Below, piece after piece: positions 24,783-38,918 of a stretch of DNA of 64,000 bases. The notes under the pieces are model-generated. The model did not search any database, was not told where the DNA came from, and saw only the letters and a program-made list of their open reading frames with translations. Both the position numbers and the translations under genes were made by a program. Numbering within the stretch: position 1 is the stretch's first letter; every line of letters starts with the position of its first letter. Source of the stretch: Octopus vulgaris (taxonomy: Eukaryota); the NCBI GenBank assembly GCA_951406725.2, contig OX597824.1, forward strand, positions 92,690,001-92,754,000, given 5' to 3'.

Positions 24783-25220
24783 CGGCGTGGTTTCGTGGTA
24801 AGAGGTTTGCTTTGCAATCACATGGTTCCGTGTTCAGAGTCCACTGGATGGTACTTTGGGTAAGTGTCTTTTACTATAGCCTCGAATCTACCAAAGTCTT
24901 GCCGCTGGATTTGGTAGAAGGAAACTGAAAGAAACCCGTTGTACATATATATATATATATGTGTGTGTGTGGCTGTGTGTGTATGAGAGAGAAAGAGAAG
25001 GAGAGAAAGTGAGTGTATGTGTCTATATGTCACTTTCTCTAGCAACCGGTGCTGGTGTGTTTACAGCTCCTTACCCTAGAGGTTCGGCAAAAGACAAAGA
25101 TAGGATAAGTACTTCGTTTACAAAATGTACTGGGGTCGATTTGTTCGACTAAAAATTCTTCAAGGCTGTGCTCCAGCATGGTCACTGTCTAGTGACTGAA
25201 ACAGTTAAGAGATAAAAGTT
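24783..25220 (+). mobile_element. full-length SINE family C
   Basis: CGTGGTAAGAGGTTTGCTTTGCAATCACATGGTTCC head, GGAAACTGAAAGAAACCCG, central TA/TG repeat, CTCCAGCATGG...GACTGAAACAG tail. Confidence 0.8.
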
Positions 25221-25541
25221 AACAGGTAACCGGTTACTAAGGAAATAGGTCTTAAATGTTTTAAAATTCTTCATCTGCTATCTTATATGTTGTTATGTTC
25301 CGTTTATTGGAATTCTTCAGGCCATGGTTTGGTGCCACATTAGCATTGGTAAAAGATGATGATAATGTTGAAGATAGGGCACTTATAATATGGATGTCTT
25401 TTGTCCATCCCCAAACCTTAGGAGGTGTAAACAACACAACGACTATTGTTAGGTGGCGGAGGTGTACAAACACCGAAATATATATTTACATATGTATATG
25501 TGTATGTATATATGTACATATATATATATATATAGATAGAT

Positions 25542-25598
<57 letters not shown>

Positions 25599-26315
25599 TA
25601 GATATAGGTATATATACACATATATGTATATATACATACATACATGTGTATATATATGTGTGTGTGTGTGTATGTATATATCACCGTATAAATGCATATG
25701 CACATGCTTACATAAATATAAGTATGTATATATACATACGTGCATACATGTATAACATACATGCGTAACGAGTATCTTACCAAGCTCCGTTTAACAAACG
25801 TTCACTTCCATGTTAATGATTGTCACGTAGCGAGTATTTGGTGAGTGTATCGCGTAGTGAGATCAAACCTCAAGCCATTCTAATTTGGAATATTTTTCTC
25901 CGTTAATGCCATGACTGTTTGAAACTTTCTAAGGCGTAACACGAAGGATATACTTTGCTTCAGCGTGAAGAAATCACAAGTATCAAGCATTTAAAAAAGG
26001 ATATTATAAAATAATAGAAAAAAGCATTTTGGCAAACTGAACTTGAAACGAGAAATCGGAATAGTTTCTTTCAGTGTGAGAAATACGGAAAAGAATATAA
26101 CGCGTTGACATAAATCGTAATTCAAGAAATATGAACATTTAACACGAAGTTAAAGCAAAACATTGGCTTGGAATCCCTTAAAATTGGCTTGGTATCCCTT
26201 AAAAGTCGAATGTTCTATTTCTGAAGCGGTTTTTTTTCATTGTGGTTTATCACCCATACATCCCTAAAGCAAAAGATCTTAAGATTACTATTGTTCTAGC
26301 GATGAAGAGGCTACG

Positions 26316-26409
<94 letters not shown>

Positions 26410-27041
26410 CTCTCTCTGAATGCGTGTGTGTTTGTTTGTTTGTTTGTTTGTTTGTGTGTGTGCGTGTGTTCTGAACATATAGGCTAAAAACATTATTGAA
26501 ATTGTCCTCGAACCGTAAGTCAGTAAGATATAATAATTCCACAGAAATTGAGTGTTGTTTGTAGCGAATCGAAAGACCACTTACAAGATTCGTTGTTGGC
26601 TTATCGAAGCCGATATGTTCTGCAACAACACATCGAGAATTATGTGCGATAACACGGAAACCTGACACCTCTTCTGGTATATAAACATTGAATTCGCTCA
26701 AATCAAAACGGCAGGTTAATAAAACGTTGTCAATTTGAAATATGCGATTACAGCTCTGTTGCTTCACAACGAAGTAGGAATGCCTTAAAGTGAGGCTGAC
26801 TAGGTTGTTATGAACTAAGCGGATGGAGTGTGTGGTGGAGCCTCCTAGAGCTGATAAAAGGATGGAGATTGACGTTCTTCTCTCTATAGATGAGCGTAAA
26901 GTAGTAACCTGTCGGATGTGAATTTAGAAAAGGAATGTCGGAAGCATTCCGTTGAGAGATCCGGAAAAATTGGCATTTATATGTATATGTATATATATAC
27001 ACATACATATGTGTGCCTGGATATACATGGGTGTACAGGTT

Positions 27042-27080
<39 letters not shown>

Positions 27081-27093
27081 ATGTATATGCATA

Positions 27094-27129
<36 letters not shown>

Positions 27130-27151
27130 TGTATGTATGTATGTATGTATG

Positions 27152-27182
<31 letters not shown>

Positions 27183-27381
27183 ATTTATATAAATAAGGTT
27201 ATGGTCGTTATTTTTATGCCGATCTTATCAGGTGGTTAGCATGGGAAGAAAAACCTTCACATTTAATAATTATTAAAATTATAATTTAGGGTATCTAAGA
27301 GATACCGCCACGCTGGAAATAGCAGCCAACACTTGACTCTAAACCACATTAAAAGTTCATACATATATAAATATATATAAG

Positions 27382-27412
<31 letters not shown>

Positions 27413-27441
27413 GTGTGTGTGTATACATATGCATATATGTA

Positions 27442-27539
<98 letters not shown>

Positions 27540-27549
27540 TATAAATATA

Positions 27550-27614
<65 letters not shown>

Positions 27615-28302
27615 TGCATACATTCATGCACACCTCCATGCGCATATGTTGGGGAGATAATGTATAAAAATATACGAATTATTATACTAAGAAATATACT
27701 AGCCTCAGATTTTAATTTATAACAGCGCATTGATGTGGCTGTAAACCTATACCTGTTATTACTTAGCAAGCTTTCGTCTTACTCATAGCATAATTCCATG
27801 ATAAAGCCACATGTCAATGCCATCCTTACAATATATTTTATATTATGAATGAAGTTCTCTTTTTCTTTTAACTCGAACAACTCACCTATGAGATGTTATT
27901 CAACAGATACTGCGTAGGTTTTTCGAATATTTATGTTGCACACTAACCCTAATAATAGGAACAAGATATAAATTAACTAACGTGTATTTTAATATAAACG
28001 ATATTACACATCATACAAATGTAATATTTAATATCGTTTATGTCAATAAGCTTTGGAGTTAAAGGCTACTGCGCCGTTATGATTGAAGCTTTTTATGAGA
28101 ATCAAACATTAAGAGCATGTGTAAATTACAAATTAATGCACAGAGATTTAATAAATAGGATATTACATATCATACTTACGTAAATATTTAATATCGATTT
28201 TATTAAAAACATTACCCGTTAATTAAACATTTTACCCCGTATTTTGTGGTTTGTTTTATTCTAGAATATTCAAGTAAGTAGGCAGACTTAAGTTCCATAG
28301 CC

Positions 28303-28533
28303 ATTTCTTTTCTACCCACATGGGGCTAAACACAGAGATGACAAGCAAGGACCGACAAACGGATTAAGTCGATTATATCGACCCCAGTGCATAACTGGTA
28401 CTTAATTTATCGACCCCAAAAGGGATGAAAGGCAAAGTCGACCTCGGCGGAATTTGAACTCACAACGTAACGGCAGACGAAATACGGCTACGCATTTCGC
28501 CCGGCGTGCTAACGACTCTGCCAGCTCGCCGAC
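28303..28533 (-). mobile_element. SINE B (tail 2), near-intact
   Basis: Complete head, core and tail. Approximate flanking duplication GACTTAAG at ~28285 and ~28531. Confidence 0.85.
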
Positions 28534-28838
28534 TTAAGATCTATTCCTTGGACATTCGTAAAAGTTGCATACTCTGCTTGAGTGTAATGACTGTCGAATT
28601 AACATTGAAGAAGGCGGGATAGTACAGGAAATGGGTATGCGACACAGGAAGCAAGATATTGAAAACTATTTATTATAGTAAAATACAGGACAACCGGGCA
28701 CCATCTTCCAGGAAGTATTACTTGCACTAGTTTATCATATCTACTATACACATGTAAGTTCATAGACATAGATACACACAAACAAACACTCATGTATATA
28801 CGAATATATATATATATATATATATATAAATGCATACT

Positions 28839-28917
<79 letters not shown>

Positions 28918-28976
28918 GTATTTATTTATATATATGCATATACATATATATATATTCATAGATATATACATATGTA

Positions 28977-29121
28977 TCTCGGTTTATTTTATCGTGTTCC
29001 TTTCTGTTGAAGAGCGTAGGCTCGAAACGTAAAAGACTTTCTCACCTTCCGGAGCGTTAAACTAATTCACATGTTTGTTGTTTATACACCTATCTTCGGC
29101 TTATGTTTTTTGGGAAATTCC

Positions 29122-29125
<4 letters not shown>
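28977..29125 (+). mobile_element. (TA)n-embedded Penelope-like short element with a hammerhead-like motif
   Basis: CTTT-CTGTTGA-A-GAGC-GTAG-GCTC-GAAA-CGTA-AAAG at 29000-29035. Ends in (TA)n. Confidence 0.6.
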
Positions 29126-29177
<52 letters not shown>

Positions 29178-29789
29178 CCAGGAACGTTTCAGCATCCCTT
29201 CGCAACGAACAAATTTATTATACCTAAACAAGATTATTATTGACAGTGATGTCTAACTCATATGTTTGGTCACTCAGAATCGATCTTATGAACTGGTCTT
29301 ATCACATAAACTAGTATCCGGTCATTGTCACGCAAATTTCTTAACTACGAATATTATGTTGAAAGTGATTAACAAAAATTGAAGCCAACACAAGTGGAAG
29401 GCATATGATTTGAAGATCTTTTGAAGAAGGTCTTTTGTTATATACTCGATTTACCTGACATACTCCAATTTTGGGTATAAGTGTTGGAGCACATATTTTT
29501 TTGAAACGTGTCACGAAAGCATTCTATGTGACAAATCTGCAAGTCTGGATTTATAGAGAATAGGGAAGCTGAATGTAAAACTCACATGGGACAGGACATT
29601 TCTTATTAGATCTGGAATGTATTATAATTGATGCCCTAAACTCGCCGAGTGCAATAATTTATCATTGATAACATTTACCAAAAATTTCCTTCAAATTATT
29701 CACTTCCCAGTAAGATATACATTTGAATAAATTTTCTTGTCATAACTTTTGTCGTACAGGGTTCTCCTGCATAACATGGCAATGCGACT

Positions 29790-30170
29790 CAAAAATTCGC
29801 GTTCTACTCATGAAACTGGAATTTAAGTTTCCATCCCACTGTGTAGCAACTTAGCCAAAGATTTTCTATTATGGTCGTGAGATGACCTATGGCTTCTGAT
29901 TGAATTTGTTTGAAGGAAACTTTGCGGATTCTCGTTGTCCCTGTATAAATGTGTGTGAGTTTACTGCGTGCATGGGCGCGTGTGCGTTTCTTCCCACTAC
30001 CTGTTGACAACCGATGGTTTGTTTACGAGCCAGTGCATGTCATCTGAGGACAAATTTAAAATAAACATCAAATTTTAGAATGAATCTTTTGACTAAATCT
30101 TTGAAGACGTTGGCACAGCATCGCTGGAGTGCAATAACCACAACAACTAAATCATAAAAGATACAAGATT
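29790..30170 (+). mobile_element. old SINE family C copy
   Basis: CCCACTGTGTAGCAAC, GGAAACT, TTGACAACCGATGG, GACTAAA and CAGCATC occur in family C order. Confidence 0.5.
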
Positions 30171-30697
30171 CATTGTTTTTCATGGAACAACACGAAAATC
30201 AACGATTCTGATTGTTTTGCCCGTGTTATAATTGGGATGAGTTTTAACACAGTTGCAATATCATTGATTCAATGTGCAAATAACTCTACAAGTTTTATAG
30301 TTGTTAGTATTTCATTTATTGAAACAACTTGTTAGACTGTTTGGAATATTTTCATCTGTTTAGAGTTCATTTAAATGCAAATACTTCTCTTTTGTTCATT
30401 CAGATGTGCATCTTGTTCTTTGTATCGTGTTGTTTCACAATACAACGTTGGGAAATTTTGCTGTGAACTGTATTTTAGTTTAATTGCCATATTAAAAGTG
30501 ACAATATCGTGCGTGCAATTAAAATGGAAAATATTTGTAAAAACAAACCTGCTTTATTTTGTTTACTCACGGGTATCGAAGGCAGATAGTTTTCGAGTAA
30601 TTATAATTCATTTCATCAAGTACACTAATGAAGATTGTATAACTTTAGTCTGGCTTCGGAGCAAAATCTATACACGTGTGAACGCTTAAAAAAACTC

Positions 30698-30698
30698 A

Positions 30699-30737
<39 letters not shown>

Positions 30738-30936
30738 TAATAATAATAATAATAATGATAATAATAATAATTACAATAATAATAATAACAATAACAACAC
30801 TAATAATGATAATAATGATAATAATAACAATAAAGAATACAATAATAGGAATTAATATAATATTAATAATAATGGTGAAAATAACGATAGTAGTAGTAGT
30901 AGTAGCAGCAGCAGCAGCAGCAGCAGTAGCAGCAGC

Positions 30937-30984
<48 letters not shown>

Positions 30985-31084
30985 GGTCGTTGTGGTCGTG
31001 GTAGAGTTCGTGGCGGCGGTGGTGAAGGGACTTGTAACGATGAAGATGATGTCGATGATGACGATGATGATGATGATGATGATG

Positions 31085-31115
<31 letters not shown>

Positions 31116-31168
31116 TAAGAATATTAATACTAATAATAATAATAATAATAATAAAAATAATAATGATG

Positions 31169-31230
<62 letters not shown>

Positions 31231-31260
31231 AAATAATAAAAAATAATAATAATAACAATA
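30698..31260. repeat. compound trinucleotide tract (TAA/TAG/CAG/TGG/TGA)n
   Basis: Directly visible. Confidence 0.95.
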
Positions 31261-31664
31261 AAAACAATGAAGTATATGAAATATAATACAATTAAGACTG
31301 ACTAACGTAATTTATCGTTTTCCATTTTATATATTCAACGAGAAAGTTTTCATAAAAAAAAAATCGTAGAACGGTTTATTACAAAAGTTCACACTTTCAC
31401 AAAAATGTCCATTGATTAATTATTCAATACGATATAAAGTGCTAAACATTTTAAAGAACATTAAGAATATTAGAAATTAACTGAGAATAAAACAGATTTG
31501 CATTTTATCTCAACGTTGACTTGGATTGTTAAATGTTTAATTTCAAGAATTATTGAAAATAAATCGAAAGCACCATACATGCACACGAACATTCATATAA
31601 ATGTTTGTATATGTGTGTCTGTGTGTCTGTGTGAGTGTATATCTGCGTATCTGCATTATATGTT

Positions 31665-31707
<43 letters not shown>

Positions 31708-31771
31708 ATACAAACAATCAAACGCACACAAGCACACACACACTCACACACAAAAACATCACACAGATATA

Positions 31772-31823
<52 letters not shown>

Positions 31824-31915
31824 GAGAGAGAGAGAGATAAATATATCTACACAGCCGCTTATTTGTCTTACGCATACACATAAATATACACATATATATA
31901 TTGTATGTATGTATG

Positions 31916-31949
<34 letters not shown>

Positions 31950-32049
31950 CATATATACTTTGCTCTTTCTTTCTCTCTCTCTCTCTATACACACACACAC
32001 ACACATATATATATATCCGTACATACATACACACACACAGCCTTATATG

Positions 32050-32083
<34 letters not shown>

Positions 32084-32494
32084 TGTATGTATGTATGCAT
32101 GTATGTATGTGAATAGGAAACAGACCAACTGATGTTGTCCATGGGAATGTTTAAATATTGGTATTTATAGACGTATCAACTGGGTTCTCAGTTTCCTTGA
32201 TGCCGAATAACGTAAACTCACCAAATCTGTGAAATGACACAGTGAAATAAAAAAGATCTCAGCTATATATCAGTTGTAACACCATATATAACTTATACAT
32301 TCACCAGGTATAAATATAGTCTTTGTAAATATACATAAGCAGGTTACAGTAATAAAAAAAAACATATATAAACACTCATTTTGAAAATATATATCATGTT
32401 GGGGTTAAAAATATATATATACACCTGCTGTTTATCTTGGTGTAGATAATGACCGACAATATAACAACTAGGGACTTCCTATCTTTGAACATCT

Positions 32495-32790
<296 letters not shown>

Positions 32791-32890
32791 CAAATAGTTG
32801 GTAAGTTTTAAAGCCTGTTTCAAGCAAACATTTATGTATTGGAGACTGACTTTTATATACATAAATACATACATACATATATACATACAT

Positions 32891-32926
<36 letters not shown>

Positions 32927-32977
32927 GCATATATACATACATTTATATATACATATATACATATATCTTTATATACA

Positions 32978-33051
<74 letters not shown>

Positions 33052-33052
<1 letters not shown>

Positions 33053-33260
33053 GTAGAACAGAGTTGAATAAAATAGGAGATGGAATGTGTAATAGACTTT
33101 ATTAGGTACAACACTACAACACATGTTTCGACCAGTTCTGGTTCTCTTCAGGTACATCAGTAAAAAGTCCCATATACACGTCCAGTGTGCGATGGATAAA
33201 TTATCTCCATTTCATATTTGTAATTTCATCATGGTTTGTTTTAGTTTTGTCGACTACACA
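33052..33260 (-). mobile_element. Penelope-like terminal-repeat fragment with a canonical-core hammerhead motif
   Basis: Minus strand GTAC-CTGAAGA-GAACCAG-AA-CTGGTC-GAAA-CATGTGTT-GTAG (33155-33113), then AATAAA and (TA)n. The right boundary is uncertain. Confidence 0.55.
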
Positions 33261-33389
33261 GCTACAGTATGGTCAGTTGGGTATTGTCCGTGAGATAAAC
33301 AGTACGATGATGCAATTCACTCTACCAGAAATTTTGGAAACAGTATGTTGTACTGCTTGGTATTCGTTACCGGAAGCTACGATACGGAA

Positions 33390-33670
33390 AGATGGTGGAC
33401 ACACAGAACAACCGTTGGTGTGACGTATCAACACAACACATACAGAGAGTGATATCAATCATCCAGTAAACATCATGGTGTTTAGAGTGATCCCTAGTGA
33501 TGGTGATGTTATGCCTCCATTCATTTTCCCACACGGCCTCAGGATCCACACAGAGGCCTACATCAAATACCTAGAGGAAATAGTGCTGACCCGGGTCCAG
33601 ATGCTGCTGCTAAACCACCCTATTCCTGGTAACAGGACACTTGCACCATGCTTTATAAGCAGAACTCAGT
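33390..33670 (+). pseudogene. Tc1/mariner-superfamily (DD37D/maT-like) transposase catalytic-domain remnant
   Basis: HPVNIMVFRVIPSDGDVMPPFIFPHGLRIHTEAYIKYLEEIVL, then frameshifted PYSW*QD, resembling the PYVWQQDSAP motif. Confidence 0.7.
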
Positions 33671-33679
33671 TGGATAGAT

Positions 33680-33816
33680 ACGTAGATTGATACATACATA
33701 CATAGGTAGATAGATAGATATATAGACAGATAGACACATGGATAGATTGATAGATAGACAGATACATAGATATAGAAATAGATAGATAGATAAATAGATA
33801 GACAGATAAATAGATG

Positions 33817-33857
<41 letters not shown>

Positions 33858-33860
33858 TTT

Positions 33861-33894
<34 letters not shown>

Positions 33895-34097
33895 CAGATA
33901 AATAGATGGATAGATAGATACATGCATAAATTCATACATACACACACACATACATACATACATACATACATAGGTAGATAGATAGATATATAGACAGATA
34001 GACACATGGATAGATTGATAGATATACAGATACATAGATATAGAAATAGATAGATAGATAAATAGATAGATAAATAGATGGATAGATAGATAGATAC

Positions 34098-34154
<57 letters not shown>

Positions 34155-34385
34155 CAGATAAATAGATGGATAGATAGATACATGCATAAATTCATACATA
34201 CACACACACATACATACATACATACATACATAGGTAGATAAATAGATATATAGACAGATAGACACATGGATAGAGTGATAGATAGACAGATACATAGATA
34301 TAGAGATAGATAGATAGATAGATAAATAGATAGACAGATTAATAGATAAATAGATAGATACATGCATAAATTCATACATACACAC

Positions 34386-34416
<31 letters not shown>

Positions 34417-34450
34417 CATACATACATACATACATACATACATACATACT
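33680..34450. repeat. higher-order ~260-bp triplication built from (GATA)n/(CATA)n
   Basis: The landmark TAGGTAGA...GACACATGGATAGA...CATGCATAAATTCATAC recurs from ~33703, ~33971 and ~34231. Confidence 0.85.
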
Positions 34451-34529
34451 TACATGATTATGAAGAAGATGATGATGAAGACCGATAGAATTTCAGTGGT
34501 TATGAAACCGATCTTTGAGAGACATGTTT

Positions 34530-34699
34530 TTGTTAGTGCCTACACTTAGCAGATGTAAAGTGAGAATCGGTACACAGGATCGGGCGGCACTTTTTTCCCT
34601 CGGATGTTGGGTCACAACGATTCAGCGGGCCAACAGAGATGCGGTGGGCACCCTGGCTAGTTGAACAGTCCTTCACTGGAAAAGCTGCACCTACCCCTG
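34530..34699 (-). mobile_element. GC-rich fragment with a hAT-like terminus (CAGGGGTAGG)
   Basis: Minus strand starts CAGGGGTAGGTGCAGCTTTT at 34699. No partner TIR found. Confidence 0.3.
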
Positions 34700-34851
34700 A
34701 TATATATAGAGAGAGAGGAGGAGAGAGGACAGACTCACAGACGGACGGACGGAGAGACATACAAGTTGATTGATAGATAGATATGTAGACAGATTCATAC
34801 ATACATTTGCATGCTTATATATACGTGTATATATATATATATGTGTGTGTT

Positions 34852-34899
<48 letters not shown>

Positions 34900-35343
34900 T
34901 ATGTATATATATATATACAACATACATACATACATACGTAAATGTGTGTGTATATATAAAACTATGTATGTATGTATCTTGCACAAATTCTCGCATTAAT
35001 TTCGCATTAAGTAACACTTCCTTATAATACCAGCTACAAACAATTATAAATATAATTGCATATGACACGATACGATGGGTCGATATCAGGGATTGATAGA
35101 ATGGCGTCCTACAACGACTTCAAATTGAGAAAACCTCCACATTTGGCGAAGAGTGCACGAAATGTATTTGAATATAAATGATTATATTTGTACGAATTTA
35201 ATTCTATGAAAACAATATTAAAATACTTGCCGAAATAATCATAATAGAAAATTCAAAATGTTAATCTATTTAAAACAAACGCTATTGTCGTGTATTCAAT
35301 AACCTATCCAAAATTAATTATACTAGGAAGGAACAATGGATTT

Positions 35344-35429
<86 letters not shown>

Positions 35430-35441
35430 GATATATATATA

Positions 35442-35476
<35 letters not shown>

Positions 35477-35776
35477 ACATATATATGTATACATTACTAT
35501 AAATAAATGTATGTGTATACATACATATATGCATATGTATATATACATTCATATAAATGTGTGTGTGTGCTTTATTTGCATATGTGTGAGTGTGTGTGCA
35601 TTCGAGTTCATAGCTGAATTCTTGATTTGAATACGTGCACATATGTTTGGCTTGTGCGTTTATATGTGTCTATATGTTTCTGTTTGATAGCGTTAAAATG
35701 TCAGTAATAGAAATTGTGAAACTTTAATCAAACACACGTATTCCTACATTCATGTGCTTTGAGACACCATATATAT

Positions 35777-35839
<63 letters not shown>

Positions 35840-36225
35840 GTATGTATGTATAGGGACATCGCCTTTATCACAATCTGAAGTCCTATTTTTGAAACGAATC
35901 TCCATGTTTAACACGATACAGTATTGTACTCATTGCGTAAACCTACGCACATCCATTATATCGCAAACATACAAGTATTGTCTATATACATTCTGTGAAA
36001 AGATGAAGAAGGCAAACACAATTAATGAAAGCAATTTAATAATTAAAATGTTATTCACAATTGGAATAATAATGTTGATAATAAAGATAACATTATTTAT
36101 TAATTATTAATTATTATTATCATTTCTTCATTCTTCTTCTACTACTACCACAACAACTATTACTAAAGCTGCTTCCCTCGTTACTACTGCTGCTGCTCCT
36201 GCTACCACTATTTCTATTACTATCA

Positions 36226-36270
<45 letters not shown>

Positions 36271-36619
36271 ATACTATTACTACTAATACTAGTACTCCTT
36301 TTTATTTCTACTTCTGCTTATTATTATTATCATGATTATTACTCTTGGGGTTGTTATTATTATTAATATTAATCCTTTTGAAAATAAATGTTAATATCAT
36401 CTTAAGTAATAGGAGTAACAACAAGCAAATACATGAACACGAACCCCCCACGACCGCCATCCTTATTCTCTATGACCTCTGCAAAAAACACTAAATAAAA
36501 TAAACACAGAAGCTGAAAGAAAATGACGACAATGAAATCAAGAGCAAAATAGCACCAACACCACCACGACCACCACTACCACAGCCGCAACAACACTGTC
36601 GATTAACAATACAACTGAC

Positions 36620-36636
36620 AATAATAAATAATAATT

Positions 36637-36690
<54 letters not shown>

Positions 36691-36834
36691 TATAATAATA
36701 ATAATAATAATAATAATGATAATAATGATAATAATAACAATAATAATAATGATGATGATATTAATAATAATAACAAGAACAATAATAATGATAACAATAA
36801 TAATAATAATAACAACAACAATAATAATGATAAC

Positions 36835-36893
<59 letters not shown>

Positions 36894-37002
36894 TGATGAT
36901 GATAACAATAATAATAGTAATAATAATAAATATAATAATAATAATAATGATGATGATGATAACAATAATAATAGTAATAATAATAAATATAATAATAATA
37001 AT
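36620..37002. repeat. (TAA)n-based microsatellite with an internal ~60-bp duplication
   Basis: Directly visible. GATGATGATAACAATAATAATAGTAATAATAATAAATATAAT occurs twice. Confidence 0.9.
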
Positions 37003-37561
37003 TTTGATAGCATATGAATGGATTATAGGTTAGAAAATTGAATTCCAATCAAATTAAAAACGTATTTATGGAAAAAGACAGCTGAGAGGAGCCAAAACAA
37101 CGAAGACTTCAACTCGTTAGAAAAACAAAAATCCAGTAATAGAGAGAAGTGTGTTAACATTGCATATGTTTATTATCAGAATTAAAACGATTTAAATAAT
37201 GGGAGAGACAGAACGAAGGAGAAAAGCGACATAATGTGTAATTGTATAAATTCGTTGTTTTGTCTGTGATGTCATCGTGATGTATTTCATCAAGTATTTA
37301 TGCGTATTTGATTTAATACCCCTTTCATTCATTTGTTTGTTTTTAACTGCTCTCCTTTATTTTTCGATATTATTTCCACATTTTCCATTCTATAGGGAAT
37401 ATATTAAATTTTTATTCGTGTTCATTTTTTATTCCTGATTATAAGATTATTTTTCGTATGTTTTGTCCGTTATTTGCTACAGTACAAATAATGTTTTGTT
37501 CTATGTAAATTGCTTTTAAGGCATTTGAACACAAACACACATATATATATATATATATATA

Positions 37562-37720
37562 TAATTTAAATAAAGAAACCAATAAAAATGTAGAAAAAAT
37601 GATAAAATCGTGTGTGAAGACATGCACAAGAAATATATTAATTTTACACTTGGTGAAGGAAGAGAGTTAGCGTTAACATTCCGAGCAGAGCTCTTCGTGA
37701 GAAAGAGGAATGTCAACATG
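37562..37720 (-). mobile_element. decayed copy of the 6268-type Penelope-like element
   Basis: GTTAACATTCCGAGCAGAGCTCTTCGTGAGA resembles TTAACGTTTCGAGCGGAGCTCTTCGTCGGA. Adjacent to (TA)n. Confidence 0.45.
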
Positions 37721-38305
37721 GATTACGGCACCTTTTTACTTGCAGATTCATGTAATGCGTCCCTGCTAAATCAAATTAATGGAAAGTAAATCGAATTTTC
37801 CCATTTCAAGAAAATTGTATTTGTTTATTTCCAAAATGAGAACCTTAAAATACAGGGTCATTTTATTATCGAGCCAAATTACAATGCAGTATATAGTTAC
37901 AAATCATTACTTTCTGGGTTCAATTCTTCCCAGTTCGAAACTATTTATCAAACCTCCGGGTGCTGTACTAATTCAATTAATCGACTTCCAAAATCACAAA
38001 ATTGGTAGATATGTTCTTAGATTATAAAAAATATATATTGAGGCAACTACTTGAAAATTTTCATTAGAAATTGAAATTCATTTTTATTTCCTTTTTGTCT
38101 TTCCATTTTTCCCAAGTTTTGTTGTACCTCCTGGAGTCTGGCATACGTAGCGGGCTTACGTACAAAGAAACATATTATTATCATTTCATTATATGTAAAA
38201 ACCCATACTTTATGTCTGTCTTGGTATTGTCCACCTCACCCTTCGTCCCTATGGCAAACGAATGTAATCATTATCAGTATTATTATTATTATTATTATTA
38301 TTATT

Positions 38306-38860
38306 GAGTGAGAGAGCAGTGCATGCCATCAAAGTGACACTGGGGTAAAATATACGAAGCCCAGTATACCCATCATGACTACTCGTCTGATAAGGGTACA
38401 CCAGGTACATGCATCACAACCATATGTGCACGACATGGTGATCTCATATCAAGACAAACAGCACATGACCTTGCAGGTGGGGCCCAGTTAGAATTTTCTT
38501 CAGGTTGAGTAACCCATCCCGCTCAAAAGGTCCCTGAATAAGGGTCATTTAAGGATGTTGAACGAACCACCCATGTTTCCAGAGGTGAATTATTCAAACC
38601 CCAAATAATTCCTCTCAACACATGGCTATGATGCTCCCCCACTACTTCTGCTCGTGATCAGAGATGCACATATCATCAGCCACTAAGGGACATGCTCAAC
38701 TGGTTATGGTCAAACAACTGACAAGCAAATCTGTGGTATTGAGTAGAATATTTGCTGTAGCCCATCTTTCATACCAAGACAAAACAATGTACATGATAAC
38801 ACTTCCAATCAGTTAAGATCAGAAGCCATGAGAGCCACTGCCTAGTACTGCATCAGAGCA
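38306..38860 (-). mobile_element. 555-bp non-coding interspersed element inserted in a (TAA)n microsatellite
   Basis: Complex, higher-GC sequence with sharp boundaries and (TAT)n directly on both sides. No ORF. Strand is tentative. Confidence 0.6.
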
Positions 38861-38886
38861 TTTATTATTATTATTATTATTATTAT

Positions 38887-38918
<32 letters not shown>

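Noticed and set aside
26162-26204. 21-bp direct duplication ATTGGCTTGG(A/T)ATCCCTTAAA
   Set aside because: Ordinary slippage duplication with no further structure.
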